This document shows, one piece after another, positions 50,101-63,132 of a stretch of DNA of 64,000 bases (its first letter is position 1; the number at the start of each line of letters is the position of its first letter). The notes beneath the pieces were generated by a model. The model did not search any database, was not told where the DNA came from, and saw only the letters and a list, made by a program, of their open reading frames with translations. The stretch comes from Balanoglossus misakiensis. Lineage: Eukaryota > Animalia > Hemichordata. Made by a program: the position numbers and the translations under genes. The stretch is taken from the NCBI GenBank assembly GCA_040954595.2, contig CM082585.2, positions 10,218,564 through 10,282,563 of the forward strand, given 5' to 3'.

Positions 50101-53100
50101 GCAGTCTGTCAATTCTTGAACGAAAAACAACACAGAAACAACTTCACAGCTTTTGACTCTGAAACATCGTAAACTAGGATGGAAATCTGTCTCGTGTACA
50201 GTAATTTTGACAGCAGAATTCGCCAGAAGTATTTCTTTCCATAGAAGATAATTGTTAGAAGGAGTTGTTGATTCTTTGACCCATGGTACTGGCCACAATA
50301 CAGAACAGTGTTCCATTTTCCCATTGCTTCATGGTTTTCTTCCTAGCACGTGAGTCTAGTTTCTTTTCCATCTACAAGAACAAAACCACAAGACAAACAG
50401 GTAGCGGCAATAAGTTGTTTATTTTTGCTTTGTTTTGATTTGGTCTCGTGAGGGATGACTGTAGCAGCATTGTGCGTGTAAGGTGTTGGGCACAGGTGAT
50501 CTGTTTCAGATCTGTCACAATTCCAACTGGACAAAAAAATAAAACTTCAACTTCAGAGTTAAAGGAGCAGTTTTATTCTATTTTAATGTTTACCTCTAGC
50601 GAGCATTATTGTACACTCGCCGCTGTGACGTAGCATTCTGTCATTCAATGCCAATACAACTGACAGGTTCATGTGCGTGTGCAGATGTACTGAGTGATTG
50701 ATTCTATTTTTGGCTGAAGGACAGTACATTAGCATAATTTTGGATAGGATTTTACTCAGCTCTCGTTCGCTTTGATTTTAATGCAGGTGGCTCTTCTCCC
50801 CTCAAAATTTACCAAAAAATAGCATTATATGATCACTTGATAAAGTTTATAATAATTGGATTATACACAGAATATGAAGATGGTGGTCACCGTACCTTGG
50901 CCAGATCTTAAGAAGACTGCTTCAGCTTCTCTAAGACTTTAATCTGGTACACGTAATCCTACGATTGAGAAACGCATTCATTCTGACAGATCTTGTTCCA
51001 CTCATGTTGACATGAAGAACCACCTCACTGTTTACTCAGGCCTGTGTTTCTCACACTCCAGTGGTACAGTCTTGGAATCTGTGCACTGAATGAAATCTTT
51101 GTCTGATGTTAGCGCGGGGTGGGTTTGGTGAACTTGGGCTCGACTTGATCTACAGCAAACTAATTTCATTGCTGTGAGGGTCTTTGGCTATAAATTCCAA
51201 GAAACTCACTCATCGTGTCTGTGTGTGATTGATATGTAGCGCTGCATGATTCAAGTGACAGTCACTCTTTCTCTTTTTTGACATCATTTAAGAAAATAAG
51301 AAAATTTTGTGAGAAATAATTTCATCTCGCGTACTAAATAGATAGTTGGTGTGGCTTAAATCTCTCACCTTTCACCTTTTGTACTTTTAATCCTCTGACT
51401 GCAGTCTAAGTAATCATGTGATTTGTATTAACCAGGTTAAAACCTTCCAGATGATGCATTTTTCTCATGTTCACCTGCCCCAGCAAAAACATGATCATCA
51501 GCCTTCAGATTCTGTTTCCAATAGGAAGCCACACAAAAGATGTATTTACCAATGTGGCTTCCGACTGACCCTCTTTGACAGTTTATGAAATACAGTCTTT
51601 TTGAAAGTTATTGACCTTGGTTCTGAAAAAAAAAAAACTTTTTTGTGCTTAGTTCTTGTAGAGATTGAAGGGCCCAGAAAGTTCTTCGTAAATGGACTAA
51701 TTGGGAGAATGGCATTGAACGACGTCACGGTGAACCGTCCGACTGGCTTTTCATATTGGGCAAAGTGCTTCTAAAAATTCTACAACATTACTCATAATCT
51801 CTATCCTTTGAAAGTCCTTGAAAATTCCAGAGCAAATGAAACTTTCCATTTCAGGAAAAGTCCTGAAAAATTGCATGTTATAAGCACTAACGGTAGATCA
51901 GATTTTATGTAAATGATGAAAAATTAAAGAGCTTACAAGCATCTTTATACAAAATTGGACCAAACCATGGTGGTAAAAAGTGTTTATGTGAGAAAGGACA
52001 GACAGACAAACTGGCAGATTTGCTGGTCTCTTACTCTGTGATGTTTGTTTCACCTTGGTGTCAAAATGAAAGTGTCATGCTTGGTTAAGGGACAGCCCAC
52101 CCTCCGCATACCACCTCACACAGCTATGCAAATTGCCCACCACAATCACAAAAGTCGGGTAAACAATGTAATGGTCATTTGTTTTGGTCCCACCAATCAT
52201 CATCTCTGTTCCACATTAAACTATCCGTTAATAAGCCACGCTGTATAAACACACGTACGTCCCAAACCTCGGCTCCACTTTCAGATGCTCTGATAACTGT
52301 CATCAATTCCTTTGTACAAAGAAAGGAAAATTCACGATGTTTCAATCTTAGGTGATTTCTCTGCAGAAACCCGAGCAGTTGTCGGTAATGTATTGATTTA
52401 CATTTTCCACACAATTAGAGAAAGTTCTCATTTTTCATCATAATGTGCATGCTTGCGGTAACACCATCCTTTAGGGCTGAAAACTCAGTTATTTTATATT
52501 TTAATGATATGGTATGTATCCGTAACAGAAGATGAAATTTGCTGGGGAAAATTGGCAGAAAAACAAGATAATGTTGCTGTGTTTTCCTTGAGTGGATTCT
52601 GATCGCGTTTTCTAAAACAGGTGGCCATACTCACTTCTATGTTTGTTCTGAAGGGATCTGAGATGCAAAACACTACCAGTGTTTACATTGTTCGACCAAG
52701 GCAATCGGCTACATTAAGAGAAACACTGTATGTTGTATCTTTGGATTATTTATGAGTATTAGATAGGATAAACCATAACGTAACAATCTCAGACCAGTAC
52801 TCATGATTGTCTTATTATAATTAAATCTTACTCATTCGTAAGAATTTTTCAACACAAGCTGTGGAATGACTTGTCTCAATGGTGAGAAATCAGTCCAAAG
52901 TCTTGACTCCCATGTGAGAACTTTTCCTCAAATGTTCCACATATCTTGACATCCTGTGTGGTTTTCAAAACGCCGTGACTAAAGTGAAGTATCTAGACAT
53001 CTAGAAGTGCAGTATTTGAGCGATGGGTCTGTCCAAAAATGAAAACAGAGTGGTGTTTCAGAAGCGACTTTTTTCAAATACTGCACTTTCCGGTATACAG

Positions 53101-56100
53101 TGCATCTGATAGGATGGCCTTCCAACATCGATGGATTGACACAAATCTGATTGAGTAATGGACATAGTTGGCTGATTTTTGCCAAAATACAAGCCATCAT
53201 TATGCAGATTTACCCCCAAATAAATGATCCAAAAGCTGGTTTGTGTTTTTTACAAAGTGGTTCTTAGTGAGGAGGATTTGTCCTGACCCTGAAGAAGTTC
53301 GGATTTAGTGGACTTTTCTGAAGGAGTTTCACCTCGAAGTGTGAGGCTATTGGCCAATCAGGCTGCGTTGTGGTAGTGTAAGGTGTTTGTTTGTTTTTTG
53401 CTGTCAAAACATCATGCATCTCTGTTTTCACCTCAGCCAAAAGATGGATTATTCTGCGGTTTGTTCGCTTACGGAAAGAATCTCCAATTACTGTACTTGC
53501 CGGTGTTTGTTTGTACATGTATGTATGTGTGTGCTGGTCTTGTACAATCGGATGTGTCCAGCAAGTTGAGTTGAGTTCATTTGTTCATCTTGTGACAGGA
53601 AAGCAACAGGTATCAGCAACCAGTACAAACTAACCGTAATAGGTCTTGTCAATTTCCCTAATGATACAGGGGAGCGTTTATTGATTTCTAGGGTTTCTGT
53701 TGTTTGCAAGATTGATGTTCGTTGCCTGGGGATCCAAGAAATACCAAACCCTATCATTCTCAGTAATGGGGGAGGCGGGATAGACTTTCCTACTCTACAT
53801 ACATACTGCAGTAATGAAGCCTGGAAACTGTTCCACTTTACTGTTATGGTTAAATTTCCGCTAGGGAAATCTTGTCATGTCAGAATTCGTCAAAGAGTTG
53901 TCATGTTGAACTTTCGTTTTTGCAATAAATTTAGTTCACACGCCATCAAATTAACTTGCCTCCCAGGGTTCTGTTATATTTGCACAACTTGTCAAAAGAA
54001 AGGGATTGTGGGTAATTCCGGGTTCCTGTAGGTAGCGTGAATTATCATTTTACACTTTCCATAGTCCGCATGTCCGTGTTGTATTTTAAGAAAAAGTTCA
54101 CTATTTCTCCCTTTAAAGTTTTTAAAGTTGACAACATGTATTGAGCCTTTACCAACCTGTGTGAGGTGTGGCAATGAATTGGTCCATGCATTCCATAGCA
54201 AAGGGAAAAAATTCTATTTTTCCCAGGGTATGAAAGTAGAAACCATGTCGCTGGATTAGTATCAAAATGACCAACAATAGGCTAACTGTGACCTTCGACA
54301 CGGCTGTATAAAATGCAACATTTGTGTAACAGTAAATGCCTATGATAGTTAGAGGCATTTGTTGGTGTAATGTACCGGTACAATGACAATGTACCAGTTA
54401 GCCAAGCAGTAAAAGTTTATTCTCTGTAGTTGAGTTTTAATTGCTGTGTTTTCTTTACATTTATGTCCATGCCATCAATGTCGTCGTTGAATTTACTGCA
54501 GTTTAATAACTCCGTTTTTTGTCTTGCTCAGTGTCTTTTTTTCAAGTATTTAATTTCTCACAGCAAATGCGAGTGAGATCGTGGATCTAATTACGGTGCA
54601 AGCGATGTGATGAAAGGGGCTTAGCAAAAATTACAATTCTTGTTTTTGTTTTCTCTTCCGCCAGCAACAACAGGGTGAAAGCGAAGCCACGGGGAATGAA
54701 ACACAAGAATCAGAGGAGGTTTGCCACGACAGCGGCGATGATGAGAACACCGACTGGATGGTGGTAGCCGCCTCGCTTGACGAAGAAGAAGATGACCGCA
54801 CGGGGCGGTTAGTTTGTGGCACTCCGTACGTGCTGCACCACATGGAGAGAGAAACTTCTGCACGCAGACACATTGATGAAGAGAGGGCAGCCGCCAAAGA
54901 TATGCTAAAACCTGATAATAGGCATTGTGAAGAGCCAGGGAACAATGGGGCGATTCAGTCGCTCAACTCAGGTGTGACTTCAACGGCGGATAAAAGGGCA
55001 GGGAGGGACGGTGGACCAGCCACAAAACCGTGTTGGGACGCTGACCGGACTCCGAGACGAACCGAGTCTGCCATGTGCAGGGAGTCAAGCAGTCAACAGG
55101 GATATGAATCGCGCTCAAATATCAACAACAGTGATGTAACCAGACCGCCAAGTTTTACCGAGAACTGTGCGGCAAGTCCATGTCAAGCCCGGACTTGGAC
55201 TAATATTGATTTTGCCATCAAGCATAACGGTGAAGAGATTGACAAAGGCGTTTGGACGACAGGAGCAACCAGTCCAGGTGTCACTAATAGAGACGTTGTA
55301 CAGGTGAAGGACTGCGAACAAAGTGGAGGTTTGTTAAAAGGGGGCAATGCTGGACTCATTGTAAGCCGGTCCGGTCAGCTTGTAGAGAAACCTGACCTGA
55401 CCATATCGGAGTCTGGCTCTGCACCTGAACCCGATCCAAGTCATTCCGTTGGTGGGACAAGTGTACAGCAGACTCGACCGCTCCATGTGAGCAAGTCTGA
55501 CTGTTGTCTGCTGTCTTCGAGTAGTCTTCTCCCCCAGAATGTGGCCACTGACACCGCCCGAACTGCAAAGGACCGAACTCCAAAGAGGGACGAGTCACTG
55601 TCCTCTCGGCTGCGAAAGAAGAGCATGTTGATCGCCTACGATGAGGGCCAGCTTGAAATCGCCGATGATACCACATACCGCTCGCTGGATATTGAGGCAG
55701 ACTTTGATCTCATTGCGCAATTAAACGAACTAGATGGAGAGTACAATCTGGAAGTCTCGTCGTTGAAATCGCCTTATGAAGACAACAACAATATGTCAAA
55801 GGGAACGCCATCCCCCTCGTCGAAATCTGACAAGGAAAAAAAGCACTCCCCTTTTGAGAGGGGTAGTGCCAAAAGAAATTCTTTCTCCGCCCTCATGGGT
55901 CGCAGAAACTCTGGGGTCAGTAATATCTCTCTGAGCTCATTAGATCTTGAAGGGAAGGAACAGAAATCGCCGATTGAAAAACTGCAGAAGCTCAAAAAGC
56001 AGATCTCAGAAAGCATTTTAGGTTCAACCAAGCATAAAAAGAAGGTGTCTTCTGAAGTCGGCCTCACCGCTGACCAGACTGTATTTCCCGGAGAAGCCAC

Positions 56101-59100
56101 ATCTCCTCGGGAATGTCCCGGACACCATAAAGTCCACAGGAAGGACTCGGGAGCTGATCTGTCTGCCAGGGCCGACGATAGCGAGAGAACTCAACACACC
56201 ACGCCAAACTTTGAGCGCAGACCCAGTCTGCGACGGCAACGAAAACTTGCCATGTCGCCGGTCGAGAACGAACGCATCCTCGCGCAGTGGAAAAAAGAGC
56301 GAGCAAATAGTTGGAGCGGTAGTGATGATAGCGGAATAAATAATAACCAATCGCGATCAAGTACGGATGTATCTATCACTGAAGATGACCCCACAAAGGT
56401 GAGACTTTCACACACTTTTACTTTCTTTGATATTGCTGGAACTTTCCTTTATTGGAATGATTTCAAGAAGGTTTCAGAATGATGTTAATCCATCATTAAA
56501 GAATTTCAGCTATTGGTTGTAATTAAGAAATTAAGAAAAAGTGTAAATTTGACCAGATCCTGAACTAAAAATAGCTGAGAAGTTTGTGATTGGGATAATA
56601 AACACAAACATGAGAAGAAACTACACCAAGGTATACGCTCTGATCTTGAAATCAAACTGAAAGGAAAAAAAGTGTTCTGACATTTCAACACTTCTTAATT
56701 AAGGTGTGGAGTTCAAAGAATGTGATCTGATCCTGTTTTTCAGAATGAATGGGCACATTTTGTCTCGGACTGTAACCTGTTTTTATAACACATATCAAAT
56801 TTTTGGCCACCACTTTCACATGGTTTTCTGTAGATACAGTCTCCATCGAAAATCACTAGTCAAATATATCAGCTCTCCAACTTTCAAATGAAGTTGCAAC
56901 TTCATGGTGCTTGAAAACCAGAAAGTGTGCCACGAATTTACGTTTGATGGCAATTGTCGACCGTTTGAACCCCCCGTTTCTGCCAACCACACCAAGAATT
57001 CGTAAAACTCAGGTGCACATTGTTGAAGCACGTACGTTTCAATACAGACAGCGTCTGTGTACATTTCCGTGTAACCCGAGAAGCGGCGCGTAATCTCAGA
57101 GAGACCACTATGGATTATCCGAGCCCTAGCTCTGTACACAAGGTGTGTTTTCTGTGCCATAGAATTGAAGGTCAGCTTGTATGTGCTTGTGTGTACAGAC
57201 GCGGTGTTGCTTTCACTAACGCCGTCTCGAAGATGCGTTGGTTTCTAATTGAAAAGGAGTTTTTAATAGTAAAGGCATTGTGTTCTTTAGTCTTTTGTAA
57301 GTGGGCAGTGCGGTAAATGCTTTCCCCCATGCTAACGCGGCAAAGACTTTACTGTGTGGTTGGGGGTGTGCATGCAGTCGCATCTGATCAAAAAACCATC
57401 CTCTTCACTCCCACTGCTTACTTCAATAATCTTTTGTATCTTTTCCAACAAATTCCCCTTTGTTTTCAATAGCCTGTACGTCACAATTCTACCTAACACC
57501 TTTGTTTTCAAAATTAGTCGCTGTTAGATTTACTGCGGGTCAGAGACATGAAATGACAGCTTAGTTCTAAAGCGTATAGTGTGACTTGCAGCTGTAGACA
57601 GTGTGGACATTTATCAAATGTTTGTGGTTTACGAGCGACACCTACGAGATCTCACAGCCACACAGACACCCATCATCAATATAAAGATGTTGATTATACA
57701 GGTCTCTTTCTTGTTTTGTGTTTTTTTTTTGTGTGTGTGCTACCTAATCTATTCCCTAGAGGTTCTGTTTACTGCCTCTTCATTCTAATTTTAAACTTTA
57801 AGTGTGACTGAGTTCTCTGAGGAGCTGACAAAGTGACCAGCCATGCAGTAAATTAGATGCTTACAGGCACAGACATACTTCATGTCCCGGCAAACTCACT
57901 CGGTGCACTGTGTTTCACAGCAGTATACACCAGCCCGTCTTCGCACAAACACTGCACCAATAAAATTATGAAACTAAACTAAACCATGCAGTTGGTCAAT
58001 ACGAAGTGAAAGGAAAATTGATTGTCATAGTGGTGGGGTGGGGGTGGGGTTGAGTGTGGAACACTCTGCTGACTAAAAAGAAAGAAATTTTTTCCATCAT
58101 ATTTTGGGTCTGATTTCAGTTTCTGTGTCAGCATATTGTACCTTGTAGAGGTTTTCATAAAATCTGCTTTTATGAGAATCCAGCTTGTTCATATGACCTC
58201 AGCCACACCTTGGCTATTGGTTTCACCTGTATGCTTGTCGGGTGATTCAAACAATGAGCTGCTCTGTCTCCATTTAGTGATCGGGTTCACGCCTTAATGT
58301 GCCCCCCAACAAGAGTAATGGAGACCCTCGGACAGGTCTCAAAACAGGGCCACAGAGAAGGCCAACAGTTGACAATCAGTGGCAGGACTTTGTCTTTTTT
58401 TCTCAGTTGAAAGCTAAATGGCCTGTTGTGTGAGCAGCATTGAAAAGTGTGGGGCTTACCCATGTAGTTGTCAATGGTAGCAGATACATGTATGTTACGG
58501 ACGAGGTGAAACCCAATTTTGGGAGTTGTTTCCACCACGTTGTTATCCAAAATGAAACATGCTTAAAATTCTTCATTGATGGAGCACAGTTTTCACAAGA
58601 TTTACAAGACAACTTTTGTTTAAATTGATTCCTGAAGATACTGAGACTGTCAATGCAGGCATTTCAAAGGCCAGAGAACTGATCCCCAACCTCCAGTTTG
58701 TTCTGACAATGAAATTATTTTTTCGATACAGGAAAGCAGTGCAACTCCAGGAGAAACAGAAGTTGTTCGACGTCGAACACCACGACATTTACAGCGCCGA
58801 CCCAAATCTGATATCGGTGACCATAGATGGGAGGATTATGGAGCAGTAGGTGGTCCACCAGCACCACCGCCAAGAACAGTCACCAGACGACCCATTTCGG
58901 ATCCACTCATGAGAGATGATAATGAATTAGGTAAGACAAGTGTTGAAATCTTTGATATTTACTTTTCTTGAATCAAACTGGACCCTTGTCAGTCAATCAG
59001 GATGTACCAGATCGGCTAGGCAGGCATGATGACCTACTCTTTCACTGTTAGAATTTGGTATAAACCCCAATGGTTTTATATAGGATCGGCATGAACCTTA

Positions 59101-62100
59101 TGAAGAGAAATGGAATGAAACAACATTGCTGATCATTGTAAAATCATGATATTCAGTGTTTCTAGTTGAGAGCGCTGAGATGAAACCCTGTGCCTGTTGC
59201 AATGGTAACTTTACTATAACCATCACTTTACAAAATTACTCATAAGGATGACATATTATGTGCGGAAGTCATTTTAACACTTGACCTGGTTGCAACGTTT
59301 TAAACAATTTCAGGGTTTCATTAAACCCATAGGGCTTTACATGAATATATTGGGGAGGGTTCAGAAGAATGATGACAGAGCTTTGGAAATATCAAGAGTC
59401 TGATAAAACGGTTGTAACTTCAGCCATGAAACACTTTTACCCCACCACTGTCAATGGTTGGAAATCCACATTATACAGCCAAATTGAGCAAATCTCATAA
59501 TCCCGAAAACCAAGGCGAAACGCTGACTTTTAGAACAGTATATTTGATAGCACACTGTGTTTAATGCATGATTACTGCTTCCCTATTGTATCATTAATGA
59601 TTCAAATCATTTTCCTAGTTAGTAGATAATCATTGTTTCACCGAACAGTTTGCTCACAGCATTTCTCATTATGTGAAAGACGAGAGTTGTATCTTCGGGT
59701 GAAAAAACCCTGAGACATGCCATCTGATACCGTGTTTCAAATTGCCAAGTTACCAAGTTTTTTTGTTAAATTGATGATAATTGAGAGTGTGGGTGAACAG
59801 CGTGGCTATTTGATTTTAATGCAGTTCTGTTCAAAAGCTGTTTGATGGATTTACTGATGTGAAAAACATCTATCAAATTATCCTTCTCGTAATCTTATAC
59901 AAGATCATGTTCCTTCCCGGGTATGCAATTATTAACTTTTCCCTGTTGGTCGACTCTTCCAGTAAAAAGTTCACTGTGCTGTTGTGCCTTGTGTTGTTCT
60001 GTCCTGTCCTGTTCTGTCCTGTTCTCTTATGCTAAAGATCAGTGTTTCTCTCTGACTTACTGTGGTGGACTTATCTTAGTTAATCAAATACATGTAGTTG
60101 TCCTAGGATTGCTGATCTGGTCGGCTAAAAATAGTGTTCTCAGACTAGTCGTATCAGACAGTTCATGATTTTTACCCCCGAATAAAATAATTCACAGGTG
60201 AGGTTGTGTACCGAGAGAGGCGGATCACCAAGCCACGACCCAAATCTGATCACCTAAGGGAACGCGTGATCATCACGGAAGAATGCCCTAAGTCACCAGC
60301 AACGACCAGGTACCGACCGGGCTCGTTGGCGGTGATCAGAGATTATGGTGGTGAGGAGACCAGTTCACTGTCCAGTACATCACTGGCCTCAGAAAAATCC
60401 CTGGTTCAAGGTATGAGACAGTATTCAAAACCTCTTTTCATTATAACAAATATTTAAATGTTCTCTTTTTCGGAGTATAATCCCGACAGAATACTGAGTG
60501 TTTAAAATAAAGACCAGGTGAATTTACCCGGATGTTTAATAGCTACGTAATGCAGAGCCCGTGAAAGAAGCCGTAGTTGAAATTCACATCAAAATGAAAA
60601 TTTGTTTCCACAAGTGCAGAGGGATCAGTTTTCATTCTAGTATATGTACTATATTGTGTGCCTGCAGTCTGAGAACAAACTTCTGTAACAGTAGCTTGAA
60701 ACCATCTAACAGGGCTATTTTTTCATCTCTGTTGTATGGGCGTGGCATATTTGCTCTGCAGTAATACTGTAATATTCCTAGCCATGGCTCGGTATATTAC
60801 TAGGAGATTCCCACATCTCAATCGCAGCCCTGTGAACTATCAGCTGTGTGATGGCCATGTACCATCTCTTTTATCATCGTGTGATGGCCATGTACCATCT
60901 ATTTACACAGGTCTTCACATCCCCTGTGCCAGCTGTATCTATCTTTACTCCTGTAGTTATCTCTATGCAGAGCCTTCGCAATTTAAGTCTACACAAAAAA
61001 AGTCAATTCATGCATGGCCTGACCGGGATTCAAGCAAGCAGAAAAGGGCACTGTAGTAGATGAAAAAGAATACTTTAAAGAAATATTCAAATTTGCTTTT
61101 AACCTAACCTCAATAATAAATTTCTTTTTATTCCTCAGAGGCGAAGAGTGAAAAACTTCCAGCAGGGTCAAAACTGCGCCGCTCAAGACGTCCACGACCA
61201 GTATCTGACCTGGGTCACATCAATATGAAAGACATCGAAACCTATGTACAGCAGCGCAGATACGTAAGTTTTGAATAGCTGGAGTAATATCATCAGCATC
61301 TATACAAAACTTCTTTTTATTTTAGTCAGAACAGTGACAGATTTGTGTGTTTTTCTGGTCTTAAAGACTAATAAAACTTTCTTTATTTCTGGCTATTTTT
61401 CTGAAGCCTATCAAGTCAAATTTGCTTGAGGCATTACCTAAGAAGTTATAGGACTACTGTATCCCTCCTGCGAAAGTTGATAAGATATCATAATAACAAA
61501 ATTAAATCGTGAGGTAATTCACCAGAATGAGGGTGGAAATGATACTTTGATGTGATAGGGTAATGGAACGGAAAAAATATTTTTTAGGTGAAATACAAGT
61601 TGTTTATAGCTCAGGGTGAGATTTGCACGAAAAGAGAGATGGTGAGATCATGTGACAGGATGGATCTATATTATTATCGGGTTGGTGATTGCTTTCTTCA
61701 TTTTCAGAAGTCGTCGGTTAGAAGACATGGTGTACATTTCTTTCGTGAATGCCGTTGTGCTTTCTGGAAGTCTGTGCACATAGTTTTATTTTCACAGTGA
61801 TGTTCTCTCAAAGAAGTCTTATATTTGTCTGTTTGTGTAATAATTTCCCTTTCAGTCTGGTGTTGGCACAAGCAAAGTTCAAGGAGAGCAAACTCCAGGC
61901 AGGCTACCCTCCACGCCGGACAGCATTCATCGCTCGATCAGCACTCCTTCTGGTCTGCATGAAATGGATGTCAGGATTCTCAGCCCAGGTGCGTTTGTTG
62001 GTCTTTTCTGTGTTGTGTTGTGTTGTGTTGTGTTGTGTTGTGTTGTGTTGTGTTGTGTTGTGTTGTGTTGTGTTGTGTTGTGTTGTGTTGTGTTGTACTG

Positions 62101-63132
62101 TGTCATGTTGTGTTGTGTTTTGTACTGTGTCATGTTGTGTTGTGTTTTGTACTGTGTCATGTTGTGTTGTGTTGTGTTGTGTTGTGTTGTGTTGTGTTGT
62201 GTTGTGTTGTACTGTGTCATGTTGTGTTGTGTTTTGTACTGTGTCATGTTGTGTTGTGTTGTACTGTGTCATGTTGTGTTGTGTTGTGTTGTGTTGTGTT
62301 GTGTTGTGTTGTGTTGTGTTGTGTTGTGTCATGTTGTATCCTGTGAGCCTTAATGGACAAGACTTGCAGTTTAGCCATTCATGTATGTGTGGAAGTGGGC
62401 GTTATCTTGGACTCGTTTTTTGTTTGTGTACATTGCAAATACTGAATACACCCATTGCGAATCTTGTAATAATGCCATGTACTGTAAGTGCTTTCTCTGA
62501 CCTTCATCTCTGTATTTTCAGATGCGAGACTACAGGACGAGGACTCAAGCAGTGGTGAAGACATCAACAGCCCCGCCTATCAGTCATTGAGCACACAACA
62601 GTCCATGTACAGTCAAAATTATTCACAGGTACGTACGCCAGTTATATACCGCTATATAGAAAGACAACCCCCGTCCCCTTAGAGCCAACTTTGCCATAGG
62701 CAAGCATACATGGTTTAACTACACAGTGAAGCAGTGTAGCTTTCCTCACCCCTGTTTTCCTGTTCAGTGGTCTGTTTCTACCATAGAAAACCCCAGGGAT
62801 GAAACCAAAGTAACAGGCTTTAAAGGGGTGACAGTATTATTGTCATGGTCACTTTTACTGTGTACCTTACTAGTGGATGTCTATACTCTCACGTGTATGT
62901 TTCATGTGTCAGACACGAAAAAGGAAATCTTCCTTAACAGCCGACCACTTCTCCGTCTACTGTTCGCATCACGTCATCGGGTAAACGAAAACCTGTGCGT
63001 CCGTCGGTCCGTGTGTACACCACTAATCACCACCACCATCATCATCATCACCACCACCTCACGTCACCACATCTGAGATCTACGTCTGGCTACAGCATGG
63101 TTGTATCAATGCTACAAAATAGCTCCAATTGA
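32197..63132 (+). CDS. Very large disordered signalling protein, probably 3'-incomplete; tentatively the N-terminus of an Asef (ARHGEF4/SPATA13)-family RhoGEF
   Basis: Phase-consistent chain: 32197-32215 (MAELVA), 32482-36963, 41679-42190, 54665-56398, 58732-58930, 60198-60410, 61139-61263, 61856-61988, 62522-62628 (2,508 codons), then probably 62941-(63099 or 63132). Ser/Lys/Arg-rich with no folded domain visible. The family call rests only on short motifs (RPRPVSDLG, RRPIS, STPSGL, acidic patch). Confidence 0.8.
32482..36963 (+). CDS. Giant 4,482-nt exon of gene 2
   Basis: Inside the 1532-aa ORF; acceptor tgtgtcag|G, donor CAG|gtgagt; phase 1 at both ends. Confidence 0.88.
37324..37419. 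mobile_element. piggyBac-type MITE (88 bp)
   Basis: TTAG-CCCTTTCAC...GTGAAAGGG-TTAA; interior homologous to the 42311 copy. Confidence 0.7.
38424..38583. repeat. Three-unit G-rich minisatellite (48-60 bp units)
   Basis: Units start TGACCATG, contain TTGGCTGG and end in G17, G6 and G14 runs. Confidence 0.85.
41679..42190 (+). CDS. Exon of gene 2 (acidic, with PP1-docking-like motif)
   Basis: Acceptor acttccag, donor CAA|gtaagt; phase 1 to 0; ESLVHSS...HSVRFASTPVVRTYDYEDRPW...ELPDQ. Confidence 0.85.
42311..42385. mobile_element. piggyBac-type MITE (67 bp)
   Basis: TTAA-CCCTTTCAC...GTGAAAGGG-TTAA: perfect TIRs with CCC/GGG ends and TTAA on both sides. Confidence 0.75.
46296..46320. repeat. 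(GT)n microsatellite
   Basis: Directly visible. Confidence 0.9.
47478..47588 (+). promoter_or_regulatory. Candidate internal TATA/Inr promoter and alternative first exon (MCYSKIHPEQ) of gene 2
   Basis: TATAAA at 47478, Inr-like TCATT about 31 nt downstream, aaaATG at 47559, donor CAA|gtaagt in phase 0 matching the 54665 acceptor. Confidence 0.55.
54665..56398 (+). CDS. 1,734-nt exon of gene 2
   Basis: Strong pyrimidine tract then ccag|, donor AAG|gtgaga, phase 0-0; covers the 574-aa ORF. Confidence 0.88.
58732..62628 (+). CDS. Five small exons of gene 2 (58732-58930, 60198-60410, 61139-61263, 61856-61988, 62522-62628)
   Basis: Phases 0-1-1-0-1-0 all match; translation includes RRPKSDIG, PPAPPPR, RRPISDP, KPRPKSDH, RPRPVSDLG, RSISTPSGL, DEDSSSGED. 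Confidence 0.85.
62009..62337. repeat. (TGTTG)n pentanucleotide satellite with recurring TGTAC-TGTGT-CATGT variant units
   Basis: Directly visible; source of the CCVVL / QHNTT pseudo-ORFs. Confidence 0.97.
62941..63132 (+). CDS. Probable His-rich exon of gene 2
   Basis: Acceptor tccttaacag| in phase 0; PTTSPSTVRITSSGKRKPVRPSVRVYTTN-H10-LTSPHLRSTSGYSM..; ends at a weak donor (63099) or at TGA 63132, with AATAAA at 63183. Confidence 0.55.
   Translation, partial: PTTSPSTVRITSSGKRKPVRPSVRVYTTNHHHHHHHHHHLTSPHLRSTSGYSMVVSMLQNSSN

Noticed and set aside
45613-51870. Recurring GAAAAGTCCTTGAAA-like fragments (about 45630, 48895, 51810)
   Set aside because: Probably decayed non-autonomous DNA transposon pieces, but no ends or TSDs could be defined
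60847-60900. Two copies of a ~22-bp sequence GTGTGATGGCCATGTACCATCT
   Set aside because: Simple local duplication in an intron; two copies only, not CRISPR-like
61749-62558. 269-aa Cys/Val-rich ORF and opposite-strand QHNTT ORFs
   Set aside because: Artefacts of the stop-free pentamer satellite
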